Shown here: positions 1 through 12,646 of the stretch, piece after piece | Layout: the number at the start of each line of letters is the position of its first letter | How positions within the stretch are numbered: the stretch's first letter is position 1 | Source: Squalus acanthias | Taxonomy: Eukaryota | Direction: 5' to 3' | Assembly: GCA_030390025.1 (NCBI GenBank) | Contig: CM059432.1 | Span: forward strand, 140,370,001-140,434,000 | Length of the DNA: 64,000 nt | The notes under the pieces: generated by a model | Told to the model about the DNA's origin: nothing | Databases searched by the model: none | The model's input: only the letters and a program-made list of their open reading frames with translations | Translations under genes and position numbers: made by a program

Positions 1-244
1 TCACTAAGTTCGTAGATGAAGATTGGCCACTCGAGCAAGGTGCTGGAAACTTACTCGCACCTGTGGAACTGTCACAAGCCTCACTTCCTCCAAGAGAGGA
101 GGTAGAATAACAGGGATGGAACTCATTCATGTACTGACACTTTGAGCATTGAACTCGTAGATTCTCCCCTGTTGTCTCCCCAATGAATTCCTGATCCCAA
201 GCAGTTCATCTAGGCTGCAGCGATGTGAGGTGAGGAAACAAAAA

Positions 245-683
245 AAAGTCTTGCATTTCTATAGCGCCTTTGACGATCTCAGGACGTCCCAAAGCACTTC
301 ACAGCCAATGAAGTACTTTTGAAGTGTAGTCAATGCGGCAGCCAATTCATGCACAGCAAGCTCCCACAAACAGCAAATGTGATAATGATCGGATAATCTG
401 TTTTAGTGATGTTGGTTGAGGGATAAATAGTGGCCAGGACACCGGGGAGAACGCCCCTGCTCTTCCTCAGAATAGTGCCATTTAATCTTTTACATTGACT
501 CGAGAGGGCAGATGATGGGGCCTCATTTTAACGTCTCATCTGAAAGATGGCACCTCTGACACTCCCTCAGTACTGCCCTGGGAGGGTCAACCTAGATTTT
601 GTGCTCAAGTCTCTGAAATGGGGCTTGAACCCATGACCTACCTGATTCAGAGGCGAGAGTGCTACCACTGAGCCACAGCTGAT
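245..683 (-). mobile_element. tRNA-headed DeuSINE/SacSINE1-like SINE, near full length
   Basis: Reverse complement has tRNA-like head (GCTGTGGCTCAGTGGTAGCAC...GGGTTCAAG), the central body seen in many other copies here, and 3' tail AAAGGCGCTATAGAAATGCAAGAC. Confidence 0.85.
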
Positions 684-702
684 ATAATCAAATAATGAGC
701 GT

Positions 703-1144
703 ACCTACATTGGCGCCCGGTTGAGCAACGACTCAATTTTAAAATTGTCATCCTTGTTTTCAAAACCCTCCATGGCCTCACACTTCCCTAACGCTATAAA
801 CTCCTCCAGCCCCACAACCCACCAAGATCTCTGCTCTCCTCCACTTCTGGCCTCTTGCGAATCCCTGATTTCAATCACTCCACCATTGGTGGCCGTGCCT
901 TCAGTTGCAGAGGCCCAAAGCTCTGGAATTCCCTCCCTAAACCTCTCCGCCTCTCTACCTCTCTCTCCTCCTTTAAGACGCTCCTTAAAACCTACCTCTT
1001 TGACCAAGCTTTTGGTCACCTTGTCCTAATATCTCCTCATGTGGCTCGGTCTCAAATTTGGTTTGATATTCGCTCCTGTGAAGCGCCTCGGGAGGTTTTA
1101 CCACATTAAAGACGCTATATAAATGCAAGTTGTCGTTGTCGTTG
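703..1144 (+). mobile_element. L2-type LINE 3' fragment
   Basis: ORF2 C-terminus (IGGRAFSCRGPKLWNSLP...FKTLLKTYLF) and tail GCTATATAAATGCAAG(TTG)n-like; many copies in window. Confidence 0.85.
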
Positions 1145-2378
1145 AACCGCGCTCATGCCTCCTAGCAGCAAATCCAGGAAAAATGCCCTCCGGACAATTT
1201 TTTTTGTGCTACGGGGACCAAAAAAGGGGATAGGCAAAGAAAATTCAATCAAATTCAAAGCCAGATGTGGTGCATTAATATTACTATTAAAAAAAAAACT
1301 ACTGTGAAACGCTTGGCTAAGCTCCAAGTTTGCAAAGCATGATTCAGGATTCTTTCTGAACCTGATATCCCACTGTGTTACCAGGAAGCAGCGAAAACCC
1401 AGCTGTAGTCCCAAAACCTAATTAAAAAGGATTAGTTTAGCATCCCTCGCCTGTTGTTTTAGTCCTCCCTAAAGTAGCCTGCACTGATGATTTCGAGGCG
1501 GCTTGCACAGAATTTCTCTTCGGCCCCAATTATGATTAAATCAATCAGTGGTTGCTCTCCCTTTTTTGTACTTCAACCGATAACTGCCGTTATCCGGGCA
1601 CGTCACTAATAGTGCAAGCGCTGTGAGGGCCTGACAGCTGAAACATGGTGGGGGGAAACTGTCTAAAGGCACCAGGGACCCAATCATTACCAAAACACGG
1701 TTCCTGTTCTCAACTTTCCCAGAGCAGATGGAGGCCGTCTTTCCACCGGGATCGCTCGTTGACTGACACCAGCAGCCCATCTGATTACAGAGTACTGATA
1801 ACACTTTTCATTAGTGGCAATATTTACATTGCAGCGGTTCAAACAAAAGCTTAATTTTTTTTTTTACTTTTACTCGGCAATTCGCCCATGGAGGCACAGG
1901 ATTTAACTGCAGAAATACGAAGAGCCAGGTCAAAGGCACAACGAGAGTCTCCTGAGCTGAGAAAATGGCTCGGATTATACAGGACCCTGTGTGAAACGTG
2001 TATCTTCATTTGTTTTAAATGAAGCACAGTGGAGGATCAATAATGAAGGCATCTTGCTATCACTAGCCTCTTTTTTTAAACACTCCCACAGCTTACAAAG
2101 AATAAGGAAGAACTTGAAAATGTCAAGTAAAACTTTGGACAATGAGTGCTGATAACATCATTCAATAAGATTGCCTGGAGAGAATTACTGAGCCTGACAG
2201 TGTGGGGAATAGAATTTACTGAGACAACTACAGTCATCACTTAGTAACTGAGTGATGCAATTGGTAAACATCCTTTCACCCTTAGGGATCTGAGTCTGAA
2301 TCCACCCAGACTGGTGAGCTGTACCTCTCCACTCTCTGCCTGCTGCAATATATGTAATGAATTTTAAACAGTAGTCGA

Positions 2379-2754
2379 GAGCCCCAGGTGGGCAGAGGAA
2401 ATGCTTCAAGGCCACCCTCAAAGCCTCCTTGAAAAAGTGTAACATCCCCGCCGACACCTGGGAATCCCTGGCCCAAGACCGCACAAAGTGGAGGAGAAGC
2501 ATCCGGGAAGGCGCCGAACACCTCGAGTCTCTTCGCCGGGAGCAAGCGGAAGCCAAGCGCAGGCAGCGCAAGGAGCGCACGTCAACCCAAGCACCCCACC
2601 CACCCGCCCCTTCAACCACCTGTCTGCCCCACCTGTGACAGAGACTGTAGGTCCCGCATTGGACTCATCAGTCACCTGAGAACTCATTTTTAGTGTGGAA
2701 GCAAGTCATCCTCGGTTCCGAGGGACTGCCTAAGAGAGAGAGAGAGAGAGAGAG
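2379..2754 (+). mobile_element. RTE (BovB-like) LINE 3' fragment
   Basis: KKCNIPADTWESLAQDRTKWR C-terminus, short 3' UTR, (AG)n tail, AGTCGA on both flanks (2373-2378, 2755-2760). Confidence 0.85.
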
Positions 2755-2821
2755 AGTCGACCAGTCCCTACTAGCTAGGAGCCAAGAACATAATAAAACC
2801 CTCCCAAGTCTTATATACAAT

Positions 2822-3832
2822 GGCCCAGATTTTGCAGTCAGCGGCGAAGGAACGGCACTCACCGTTCATTACGCTGACAGCTGCCCACAGACTTTTCGTC
2901 TTACTGTTATGAGAGAGCTATTTCAGCGCGGTGCCCGCTACAGGGATTCTGTGGCATGTGTGAGCAGGAAAAAGCTGCAGCATGTCTCCTCAACCAATCA
3001 GATTGAAGAATCCTTACTGAGGCACGCAGAGTCTAAACCAGGAAGTATAAGTTAGAATATTTAAATACATGTAAAATCATCGACAGAAAGCAAAATAAAG
3101 AGAGGGGAAGAAAGATGGGATTAAGAGAGAGAGATAAAGAGACAGAAAGAAAAAGTAAACAAAAACCTATTATTATTTTTTTTAAATCTCCAACAATAAT
3201 TAAAATCAGAAGAAACGAGACTCCACACTTGTAAAAGTACATTTTCAGGGCCAGAGAGGCTGTTTAGCAGTAATTAAGACTTATCACACCGTTAAAAATT
3301 CACTGACACCTGAATGCACCAGCCCTAACCTTTTCTGCCGTGTTTAGTGGGTAACTCGTGGGTAAGTACCGCAACTTCACGCCCTTACATGTATTTCAAA
3401 GCCGAGTGTATCGGCGAGGTACCGGTGTAGTGCAGCTTCTGCAGGAGCAGGGAAAATCGGACAGCAGCTTCCAGATTTCCGCGTTTAACTGCGCATGTGC
3501 AGACGCCAGAAGTTGCTGTCCGATTTACTCCTTAATAATAGAAACATAGAAACATAGAAACATAGAATCTAGGAGCAGGAGTAGGCCATTCAGCCCGTCG
3601 AGCCTGCTCCGCCATTCAATACGATCATGGCTGATCATCCAAATCCAGTACCCTGTCCCTGCTTTAATCCCCACAGTACACATATCCCACCCTACCCCCG
3701 TAACCCCACGTATTTAATTCCCCCTAACATATCCCATCCTATCCCCATAACCCCACATATTTAATCCCCCCTAACACTAAGGGTCAATAATGCTGATAGC
3801 CTCACCGTTATTCCTACCGCAAAATCCGGGCC
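2822..3832. mobile_element. Non-autonomous Harbinger-like DNA element (MITE) containing a CR1/HE1 fragment insert
   Basis: TIRs GGCCCAGATTTTGC / GCAAAATCCGGGCC; flanks AAT / ATT. Confidence 0.65.
3540..3787 (-). mobile_element. CR1 3' tail joined to HE1 SINE fragments
   Basis: (GAAACATA)n tail, CR1 3' UTR, then partially duplicated HE1 body segment matching 20380-20445. Confidence 0.65.
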
Positions 3833-4206
3833 ATTATGTTTCGTTAGCCCATTGGTAAATTCAGCAATCTATAAATCCAGGCCTAGATTGAAGAATTGCT
3901 TGATCAACAACAACTTGCATTTATCTAGCACCTTTGATGTAATATAACGTCCCAAGGCGCTTCACAGGAGCGTTATCAAACTAAATTTGACACTGAGCCA
4001 CATAAAGAAATATTAAGTTGGTCCCTTAGAGGACGAGACTGGGGAAATAATAATGGTAAACAAGGAAATGGCAGAGGCATTGAACAAATATTTTGTATCT
4101 GTCTTCACAGTAGAGGACACTAAAAACATCCCAGTAATAGTAGAAAATCAAGGGGCAAAAGGTAGGGAGGAACTTAAAACAATCATATCACTAGAGAAAA
4201 AGTGCT

Positions 4207-5631
4207 ATGCAAACTATGGGTCTAAAGGCTGACAATAATGGACCTGATGGCCTGCATCCTAGGGTCTTAAAAGAAGTGGTTACAGAGATAGTGGATGCAT
4301 TGGTTGTAATCTTCCAAAATTCCCTTGACTCTGGAAAAGTCCCAGTGGATTGGAAAACCGCAAATGTAACGCTCTTATTCAAAAAAGGAGGGAGACAGAA
4401 AGCAGGAAACTATAGGCCAGTTAGCCTAACACCTGTCATTGGCAAAATGTTCGAATCCATTATTAAGGAAGTAGTAACAGGGCATTTAGAAAAACATAAT
4501 ACAATCAAACAGAGTCAACATGGTTTTATGAAAGGGAAATTGTGTTTGACAAATCTATTAGAGTTCTTTGAGGAGGTAACGAGCAGGGTGGATAAAGGGG
4601 AACCAGTAGATGTAGTGTATTTGGATTTCTAAAAGGCATTTGACAAGGTGCCACATAAAAGGTTACTGCATAAGATAAGAGCTCATGGTGTTGGGGGTAT
4701 TATATTAGATTGGATAGAGGATTGGCTAACTAACAGGAAACAGAGAGTCGGGATAAATGGGTCATTTTCAGGATGGCAATCTGTAACTAGTGGGGTGCCA
4801 CAGGGATCAGTCCTGGGGCCTCAACTATTTTCAATCTATACTAATGACTTGGATGAAGGAAGCGAGTGTATTGTAGCCAAATTTGCGGACGATACAAAGA
4901 TAGGTGGGAAAGCAAGTTGTGAGGAGGACAAGAGTTTGCAAAGGGATATAGATAGGTTCGGTGAGTGGGCAAAAATTTGGCAGATGGAGTATAATGTGGG
5001 AAGATGTGAAGTTATCCACCTTGGTAGGAAGAAGAGAAAAAATAATTATTTAAATGGAGAAAGACTACAGAATGCTGTGGTACAGAGGGATTTGGGGGTC
5101 CTCATACATGAAACACAAAAAGTTAACATGCAGGTGCAGCAAGTAATTAGGAAGGCAAATAGAATGTTGGCCTTTATTTCAAGGGGGATGGAGTATAAAA
5201 GTAGGGAAGTCTTGCTACAACTGTACAGGACACTGGTGAGACCATACCTAGAGTACTGTGTACAGTTTTGGTCCCCTTATTTAAGGAGGGATATACTTGC
5301 ATTGGAGGCAGTTCAGAGAAGGTTCACTAGGTTGATTCCTGGGATGGAAGGGTTGTCTTATGATGAAAGGTTGAGTAGGTTGGGCCTATACTCATTGGAG
5401 TTTAGAAGAATGAGAGGTGATCTTATTGAAACATATAAGATTCTGAGGGGGTTGGACAGGGTAGATGCTGAGAGGATGTTTCCCCTCGTGGGAGAATCTA
5501 GAACGAGGGGGCATAGTCTCAGAATAAGGGGTCGCCCACTTAAGACGGAGATGAGGAGGAATTTCTTCTCTCGGAGGGTCATGAATCTTTGGAATTCTTT
5601 ACCCAGAGTGCTGTGGAAGCTGAGTCATTGA
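4207..5631 (+). pseudogene. CR1 ORF2 reverse transcriptase, disrupted
   Basis: In-frame TAA after VVYLDF and a frameshift near the 3' end; canonical RT motifs. Confidence 0.9.
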
Positions 5632-5641
5632 ATATATTCAA

Positions 5642-6514
5642 TGATGCGGAGATGCCGGTGTTGGACTGGGGTGCACAAAAATGAGAAGTCGCACAACACC
5701 AGGTTATAGTCCAACAGTTTTATTTGAAATCACGAGCTTTCGGAGCGCTGCTCCTTCATCAGGTAAAGTGAAGGAATACAAATCAGGAAAGCATATATAG
5801 ACAGAGAACAATGTGTAGCGTACAATGTCAGACGACTACAGTAAATCTTTCTGACTGCCCTCCATCACACCTCGGCAGAGATACAATCAGGCCAGTCAGG
5901 AAGGCATTACATCAAAGACACAGCAAAATACAGCTAAGACAATGAGGTGGGGTCACAGGGGGTCCAACGTGTCAAATGCTGCAGTCTGTATGGTTAAGCT
6001 TTTTACTTTTTTTAAAACTGGAAATCACATCTGTGAACAAGCCAATGACGACTCGAGTCTGGATGACTCTACGTCATGTAGCATGACATGAACCCACGAT
6101 CCCGGTTGAGGCCGTCCTCATGGGTGCGGAACTTGGCTTTCAGTTTCTGCTCGATGATTTTGCGTTGTCGTGTGTCTCGAAGGCCGCCTTGGAGAACGCT
6201 TACCCGCAGATCCGAGGCTGAATATCCTTGACTGCTGAAGTGTTCCCCGACTGGGAGGCAACAATCCTGCCTGGCGATTGTTGCGCGGTGTCCGTTCATA
6301 CGTTGTCTCAGTGTCTGCATGGTCTCGCCGATGTACCATGCTGCGGTGCATCCTTTCCTGCAACGTATGAGGTAGACAACGTTGGCCGAGTCACATGAGT
6401 ATGTACCATGTACCTGGTGGGTAGTGTCCTCACGTGTGATGATGGTATCTGTGTTGATGATCTGGCATGTCTTGCAGAGGTTGCCGTGGCAGGGTTGTGT
6501 GGTGTGGTGTGGTG
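5642..6514 (-). mobile_element. Penelope-like element family A, 3' fragment (GIY-YIG endonuclease plus pseudo-LTR)
   Basis: ORF 6069-6566 has CDSANVVYLIRC...WYIGET...RMNGHR...GLN; TSD TGAATAT(A/C)TTCAA at 5629-5641 and 6515-6527. Confidence 0.9.
5730..5766 (-). ncRNA. Minimal type I hammerhead ribozyme (PLE family A)
   Basis: Reverse complement TTAC CTGATGA A GGAGC AGC GCTCC GAAA GCTC GTGA: CUGANGA box, stem II, GAAA box, stem I. Confidence 0.8.
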
Positions 6515-6794
6515 TGAATATCTTCAAGGTTGAGATAGACAGATATTTGAGCAACAGGGGAGTCAAGGGTTATGGGGAGTGGGCGGGAAAGTGGAGTTGA
6601 GGTCAAAATCAGATCAGCCATGATCTCATTTAATGGTGGAGCAGGCTCGAGGGGCCGAATGGCCTGCTCCTGCTCCTATTTCTTATGTTCTTATGTTCTT
6701 AAGACAGGTGTCCGAAAGCTTGGTCAAAGAGATAGGTTATAAGGAGCGTCTTAAAGAAGGAAAGAATATAGAGAGGCGGAGCGGTTTAGGAATA

Positions 6795-7140
6795 AACAAC
6801 CTCAAGACATTCCAAAGTGCTTTACAGCCAATGAAGTACTTTTTGAAGTGTAGTCACTGTTGTAATGTAGGGAAACGCTGCAGCCAATTTGCACACAGCA
6901 AGCTCTCACAAACAGCAATGTGATAATAACCAGATAATCTGTTTTAGTGATGTTGGTTAACGGATAAATATTGGCCCAGGACACCGGGGAGAACTCCCAT
7001 GCTCCACTTTGAAATAATGCCGTGGGATTTTTTTTACATCCGCCTGAGAGGGCAGACGGTTTAATATCTCATCTGAAAGACAGCACCTCCGACAGTGCAG
7101 CACTCCCTCAGCGCTGCACTGGGTATGTCAGCCTGGAGTT
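6795..7140 (-). mobile_element. DeuSINE/SacSINE1-like SINE fragment
   Basis: Matches other SINE copies in window. Confidence 0.85.
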
Positions 7141-9167
7141 AGTGCAATAGGTGAGCATTACTTCAAAAGAAAACCCAGAGTGCAATGCATGAACTACCAA
7201 AACTAAACACATGGATATAAATCTTCAAATCATTCACACCTGGAATGGATTCTCCAAAATGTTACACGACAATGAAATACTTCAACATCTGAAAAGAAAA
7301 CCCGTTGGTAAACTTTTGTCTTTTGCACTACTGGTGCATATTTTTGCATGCTGGGAATGTATATCAGAGTCGTACCCACATTCCCAATATGCACAATGTT
7401 CTGTGCTGTGAGTGATAAAGGCGAACAGATTTGGGGTGATTTTAACCCTACTCGCTCAGCAGAAACCTGACGGGTGGGCAGTTAAAATTGCCCTGGCTTT
7501 TACCTGTCTGAATGCCACCATGGTCGCAACATCTAGGCAACAGTGACCATAATATAATACGCTTGAAGATGATAATTGAGAAGGACATAAGTATGATGAA
7601 AACCAGGGTAATAGATTGGAGAAAAGCTGATTTTGAGGGGCTGAGATAGAACTTGGGAAAATAAAATGGGCAACAATATTGGCAAACAACGATGTAGAAC
7701 AGTAATGGGAAACATTTAAAACAGTGATCAACAGAGTGCAGGAACAATATATTCCGCTAAAAGGAAAGAACAAACTAAACACTAATGAGACTCCATGGAT
7801 GAATAAAGCCATAAGGGAACAATTGAGGGTAAGGAAAGAGGCATACATTAAGTACATAGACAGCAGGGGAGTGCATGATAAGGGAGAATATGAAGAGATT
7901 AGGAGAGAAGTCAAAAAAAATTAGGAAGGAAAAGAGAACTAGGAAAGTAAATTATCAAAGAACATAAAACAAAATAGTAAAATATTTTATAGGCACGTCA
8001 ATAAAAAAGGAAGGTTGGGATGGGAATAGAGCCATTAAGCGACAGACAGGACAATACCACAGGTAACGATAGAGAGATGGCAGAAATATTAAATAATTAT
8101 TTTGCTTCAGTATTTACCAGGGAAATAGAACAGGTGGACATGACATTGGATGATGAGATTAGTAATGAGATAAGTGCATTTAAAATAAAAAGAGGGGATG
8201 TATTAAATAAACTAATCAAACTCAAAGAGGATAAAACCCCTGGTCAGGATGGATTGCATCCACACATTTTAAAATAATCTAGGGAAGAGATAGCAGAGGC
8301 ATTACTACATATATTTAATAATTCGTTAGAAAAAGGTGTGATGCCAGAGGACTGGTGGATAGCTAACGTAATACCTATATTTAAGAAGGGAGATAGAACA
8401 TGTCCAGGGAATTATAGACCAGTCAGCTTAACACCGGTGGTAGGAAAAATAATGGAATCCCTACTAAAGGAGAAAATAGAAGAACATCTAGAAACCAAAA
8501 ACATAGTAATGAGTAGTCAGCATGGATTTCAAAAGGGAAAGTCTTGCTTGACCAACCTCACTGAATTTTTTGAAGAGGTAACACAGAGAGTAGACAATGG
8601 TAATGCAGCAGATGTAATTTATCTAGATTTTCAAAAGGCCTTCGATAAGGTACCCCATAATAGACTGATGAACAAGGTCAGAGAATGCAGAGTCAGGGGA
8701 CAAGTAGCAGAATGGATTGCTGGCTGGCTTCAAGACAGAAAGCAGAGAGTAGGGGTAAAGGGTAGCTATTCACAGTGGCAGAAGGTGGGTAGTGGTGTTC
8801 CACAAGGATCAGTGCTGGGACACTGCTGTTCACAATTTACATTTAACGATTCAGACTTTGGAAGCAAAAACACAATTTCTAAATTTGCGGATGACGCCAA
8901 ATTTGGGGGGATAGTCAATACTGAGGAGGACTGCAACAAATTACAGGAGGACATTAATAAACTTGCAGAATGGGCATATAATTGGCAAATGAAGTTCAAC
9001 ATAGATAAATGTGAGGTATTACATTTTGGTAGGAAGAATAGGGAGGTCACTTATCACTTGGAGGGTGCGAGTCTAGGTGGGGTAGAGGAACAAGGGGATC
9101 TCGGAGTACAAATACACAAATCACTAAAAGTTGCGACACAGGTTAGCAAGGCCATAAAAAAAGCAAA

Positions 9168-9379
9168 AGTGAGAAGTCGCACAACACCAGGTTATAGTCC
9201 AACAGTTTTATTTGAAATCACAAGCTTTCGGAGTGCTGCTCCTTCGTCAGGTGACTTCACCTGACGAAGGAGCAGCGCTCCGAAAGCTTGTGATTGCAAA
9301 TAAATCTGTTGGACTATAACCTGGTGTTGTGCGACTTCTCACTTTTGTCCACCCCAGTCCAACACCGGCATCTCCGCAT
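9168..9379. mobile_element. Palindromic Penelope family A pseudo-LTR insert
   Basis: ~90-bp inverted arms 9165-9254 / 9257-9346; TSD CATAAAAAAAGCAAA at 9153-9167 and 9380-9394. Confidence 0.85.
9257..9293 (+). ncRNA. Minimal hammerhead ribozyme (mirror copy on - strand at 9218-9254)
   Basis: TCAC CTGACGA A GGAGC AGC GCTCC GAAA GCTT GTGA. Confidence 0.82.
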
Positions 9380-10521
9380 CATAAAAAAAGCAAACCAAGC
9401 ACTAGGGTTTATTTCTAGAGGGATAGAATTGAAAAGTAGGGAAGTTATGCTAAACCTGTATCAAACCTTGGTTAGACCACACTTAGAGTACTGCGTACAG
9501 TTCTTGTCGCCATATTATTAAAAGGATATAGAGGCACTGGAGAGGGTGCAGAGAAGATTGACAAGGATGATACCAGAAATGCGAGGGTATACATATCAGG
9601 AAAGGATGAACAGGCTGGGTCTCTTTTCTCTTGAAAAAAGAAGGCTGAGGGGTGACCTAATAGAGGTCTTTAAAATTATGAAAGGTTTTGATAGAGTGGA
9701 TAGAGAGAATGTTTCCACTTGTGGGGAAGAGCATAACTAAAGACCATCAATATAAGATAGTCAGCAAGAAATTCAATAACGAATTCAGAAGAAACCTCTT
9801 TACCCAGAGAGTGGTGAGAATGTGGAACTCGCTACCACAGGGAGTGGTTAAAGCAAATAGTATAGATGCATTTAAGGGGAGGCTAGACAAGCATATGAGG
9901 GAGAAGGGAATAGAGGGTTATGCTGATAGAGTTAGATGAGGAAAGACGGGAGGAAGCTCGAGTGGAGCATAAACGCCGGCAATGACTGGTTGGGCCGAAT
10001 GGCCTGTTTCTGTGCTGTATATCCTATGTAATCTGCAATTTTAACCTGCTCTCCTGAGCCAGGCAGCAAAGACACGTGCCCGGAGCCAACGGGTCCTTCT
10101 TTACATGTGCATGTTGCGGCCCGATTACGTCATTGAGACCCGACTGTAAATTTAACTCAGGCCTGAGCGGGGAATCCACCTGGAGTTAAAATCGGGGCTA
10201 AAGGGAGGGAGATAAAGACTGGATTAAGAGAGAGAGAGAAAAAAGAGACAGAAAGGAAAAGTAAGAAAAAAAATGACATTTAAAATCTCTAAGGAGAATT
10301 TCCTACATGCAGGAATGTTCATTCATTGTAGACTTGCCCAGGCTCATCACTGTATCATTGCATTATTACCCAGACAAACAGTCACCACACTGAGCCCCTT
10401 ACAGCTCATGAATCTTCAAAAGAGAATCCTTAATGACGTACAAAAATATACAAGCCATTAAAGAAACCAGTATAAACAGAGTACTATAACATCTAGTTTA
10501 CAGGTTTTCTATGACCCCTAC

Positions 10522-10868
10522 GTGTATGTGTGTGCGTGTGTGGGTGTGCGCCTGTACTTACATGTGCATCTGCGTGTGTGCGTGTACATGCGCGTGTATG
10601 TGTGCACATGTATGTGTGTGTTTGTATGTGCATGTGTGTGTGCGTGTATCTGTGTGTGTGTGTGTGTGTATCTGTGTGTGTGTGTGTGCGTGTATCTGTG
10701 TGTGTGTGTGTGTGTGTGTGTGTATCTGTGTGTGTGTGTGTATCTGTGTGTGTGTGTGTGTGTGTGTATCTGTGTGTGTGTGTGTGTGTGTATCTGTGTG
10801 TGTGTGTGTGTGTGTGTGTGTATCTGTGTGTGTGTGTGTGTGTGTGTGTATCTATGTGTGTGTGTGTA

Positions 10869-10899
<31 letters not shown>

Positions 10900-11013
10900 A
10901 AGCAAGTCATACTCGGTTCCGAGAGACTGCCTAAGAAGAGAAGAGGTGTGTGTGGAGGGGTGCGTGTGTGTGTGTATGTGTGCGTGTGTATCTGTGTGTG
11001 TGTGTGTGTGTGT
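10522..11013. repeat. Compound (TG)n microsatellite with periodic TATC interruptions
   Basis: Directly visible dinucleotide array. Confidence 0.97.
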
Positions 11014-11574
11014 GAAGGAGTGCTACTTATGCACTGTTTTGAGCTGTTGTCAGGTATGAATTTGTAGATGAGATTTTTACACAAATGTGACTTTACACCA
11101 TACTTTAATTACTTGACAATCAAAAACATGTCATTATATTCCTCACACTCATGGGTTAGGACGATCATGTGGTGGGCACCCAGCCTCATTCATATAATAA
11201 GTGCTCTTACACATGTCACGTACTCTGTATTTAGTTGATAAACAGTTAAGTAACATTTACAGCTACTGAACATAATCACTGCTCTGTTCTAGACATGTAC
11301 CTCTTGGGTGTGTAGATGTTCAAACCGCTGACCCTTTTCTCAGAATCTGCTGTCGAAACTTGTGCTGACTACCACCCAGCCTTTGCTAAGTCCCTGCTCT
11401 GTTTATTTTGGACAGCTGTTTCTAGTTATTAGTGACTGAAGCCCACTGCCAGATCCAGGGAGACCTCGATTTGATGAGTGAGGGGCGTGTCACCACAGTG
11501 CTGAGAAAATGTTCAGCTCTTGGACTTAAAGTCACATCCTCAGTTTCAAACGTAAAGATGATTTTACAAGTTCT

Positions 11575-12646
11575 GTAAACTTGAGCTCATCCAAAACGCT
11601 GCCGCCCGTATCCTAACTCGCACCAAGTCCCGTTCACCCGTCGTCCATTGTGCTCCCTGACCTACACTGGCTGCCGGTCCAGGAACACATCGATTTTAAA
11701 ATTTTCATGTTCAGATTGCTCCATGTCCTCACCACCTCCCTATCTCTGTAACCTCCTGCAGCCCCTACATCCCTCCGAGATCTCGGCACTCGTCCAATCT
11801 TTGGCCTCTGGCGCATCTCCGATTTTCATCTCTCACTGAACATCTCTACCTCTCTCTCCTCCTTTAAGACGCTCCTTAAAACCTACCTCTTTGACCAAGC
11901 TTTTGGTCACCTGCCCTAATATCTCTTTATGTGGCTCGGTGTCAAATTTCTGTTTGATGAAGCTCCCGTGAAGCGCCTTGGGACATTTTACTACATTAAA
12001 ACTTAACAGAAACTTAACTGGACCAGCCACATAATTACTGTGGCTACAAGAGCAGGCTGGCTATTCATCTCCTGACTCCCCAAAGCCTTTCCACCATCTA
12101 CAAGGCACAAGTCAGGAGTGTGATGGAATACTCTCCACTTGCCTGGATGAGTGCAGCTCCAACAACACTCAAGAAGCTCGACACCATCCAGGACAAAGCA
12201 GCCCGCTTGATTGGCACCCCATCCACCACCTTAAACATTAATTCCCTCCACCACCAGCACACTGTGGCTGCAGTGTGTACTATTTACTCACCAAGGCTTC
12301 TTCGACAGTACCTCCCAAACCCGCTACCTCTACCACCTAGAAGGACAAGGGCAGCAGGTGCTTTGGAACACCGCCACCTCCAAGTTCCCCTTCAATTCAC
12401 ACACCATCCTGACTTGGAAATATATCGCCGTTGCTTCATCATCGCTGGGTCAAAATCCTGGAACTGGCTTCTTAACCGCACTGCGGGGGTACCTTCACCT
12501 TACGGACTGCAGCGGTTCAAGGAGGCGGCTCACCACCACCTTCTCAAGGGCAATTAGGGATGGGCAATAAATGCCGGCCTTGCCAGCGACGCCCACATCC
12601 CGTGAATGAAAAAAAAAAGTGCTATATAAATGCAAGTTGTTGTTGT
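11575..12646 (+). mobile_element. L2 3' fragment whose tail is split by another LINE
   Basis: L2 sequence to CTACATTAAA (12000) resumes as GTGCTATATAAATGCAAGTTGTTG at 12619. Confidence 0.75.
12001..12618 (+). mobile_element. CR1/L2-group LINE 3' fragment (distinct family)
   Basis: MEYSPLAWMSAAPTTLKKLDTIQDKAARLIG...KSWN; poly-A end; second copy at 63205-63500. Confidence 0.8.

Larger units (their letters stand above)
4018..6698 (+). mobile_element. CR1 LINE, 5'-truncated, with Penelope insert
   Basis: RT ORFs 4207-4632 and 4648-5631 ([38 protein letters not shown]); TCTTATGT-repeat tail; TTAAG duplicated at ends. Confidence 0.95.
3905..6790 (-). mobile_element. L2 3' fragment split by CR1 insertion (halves 3905-4017 and 6699-6790)
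   Basis: L2 tail sequence stops at AAATATTAAG and resumes at TTAAGACAGGTG. Confidence 0.75.
7533..10033 (+). mobile_element. CR1 LINE (second subfamily), 5'-truncated, with Penelope insert
   Basis: Fragmented ORF2 ([50 protein letters not shown]) and CR1 3' UTR. Confidence 0.92.
7433..10197. mobile_element. Probable MITE with GATTTTAAC termini, split by a CR1 insertion
   Basis: GGGGTGATTTTAAC at left, GTTAAAATCGGGGC at right, internal TTTTAAC/GTTAAAA repeats; similar termini at 34974-35158. Confidence 0.4.

Noticed and set aside
10511..11084. Cys/Val- and His/Thr-rich ORFs
   Set aside because: Translations of the (TG)n microsatellite
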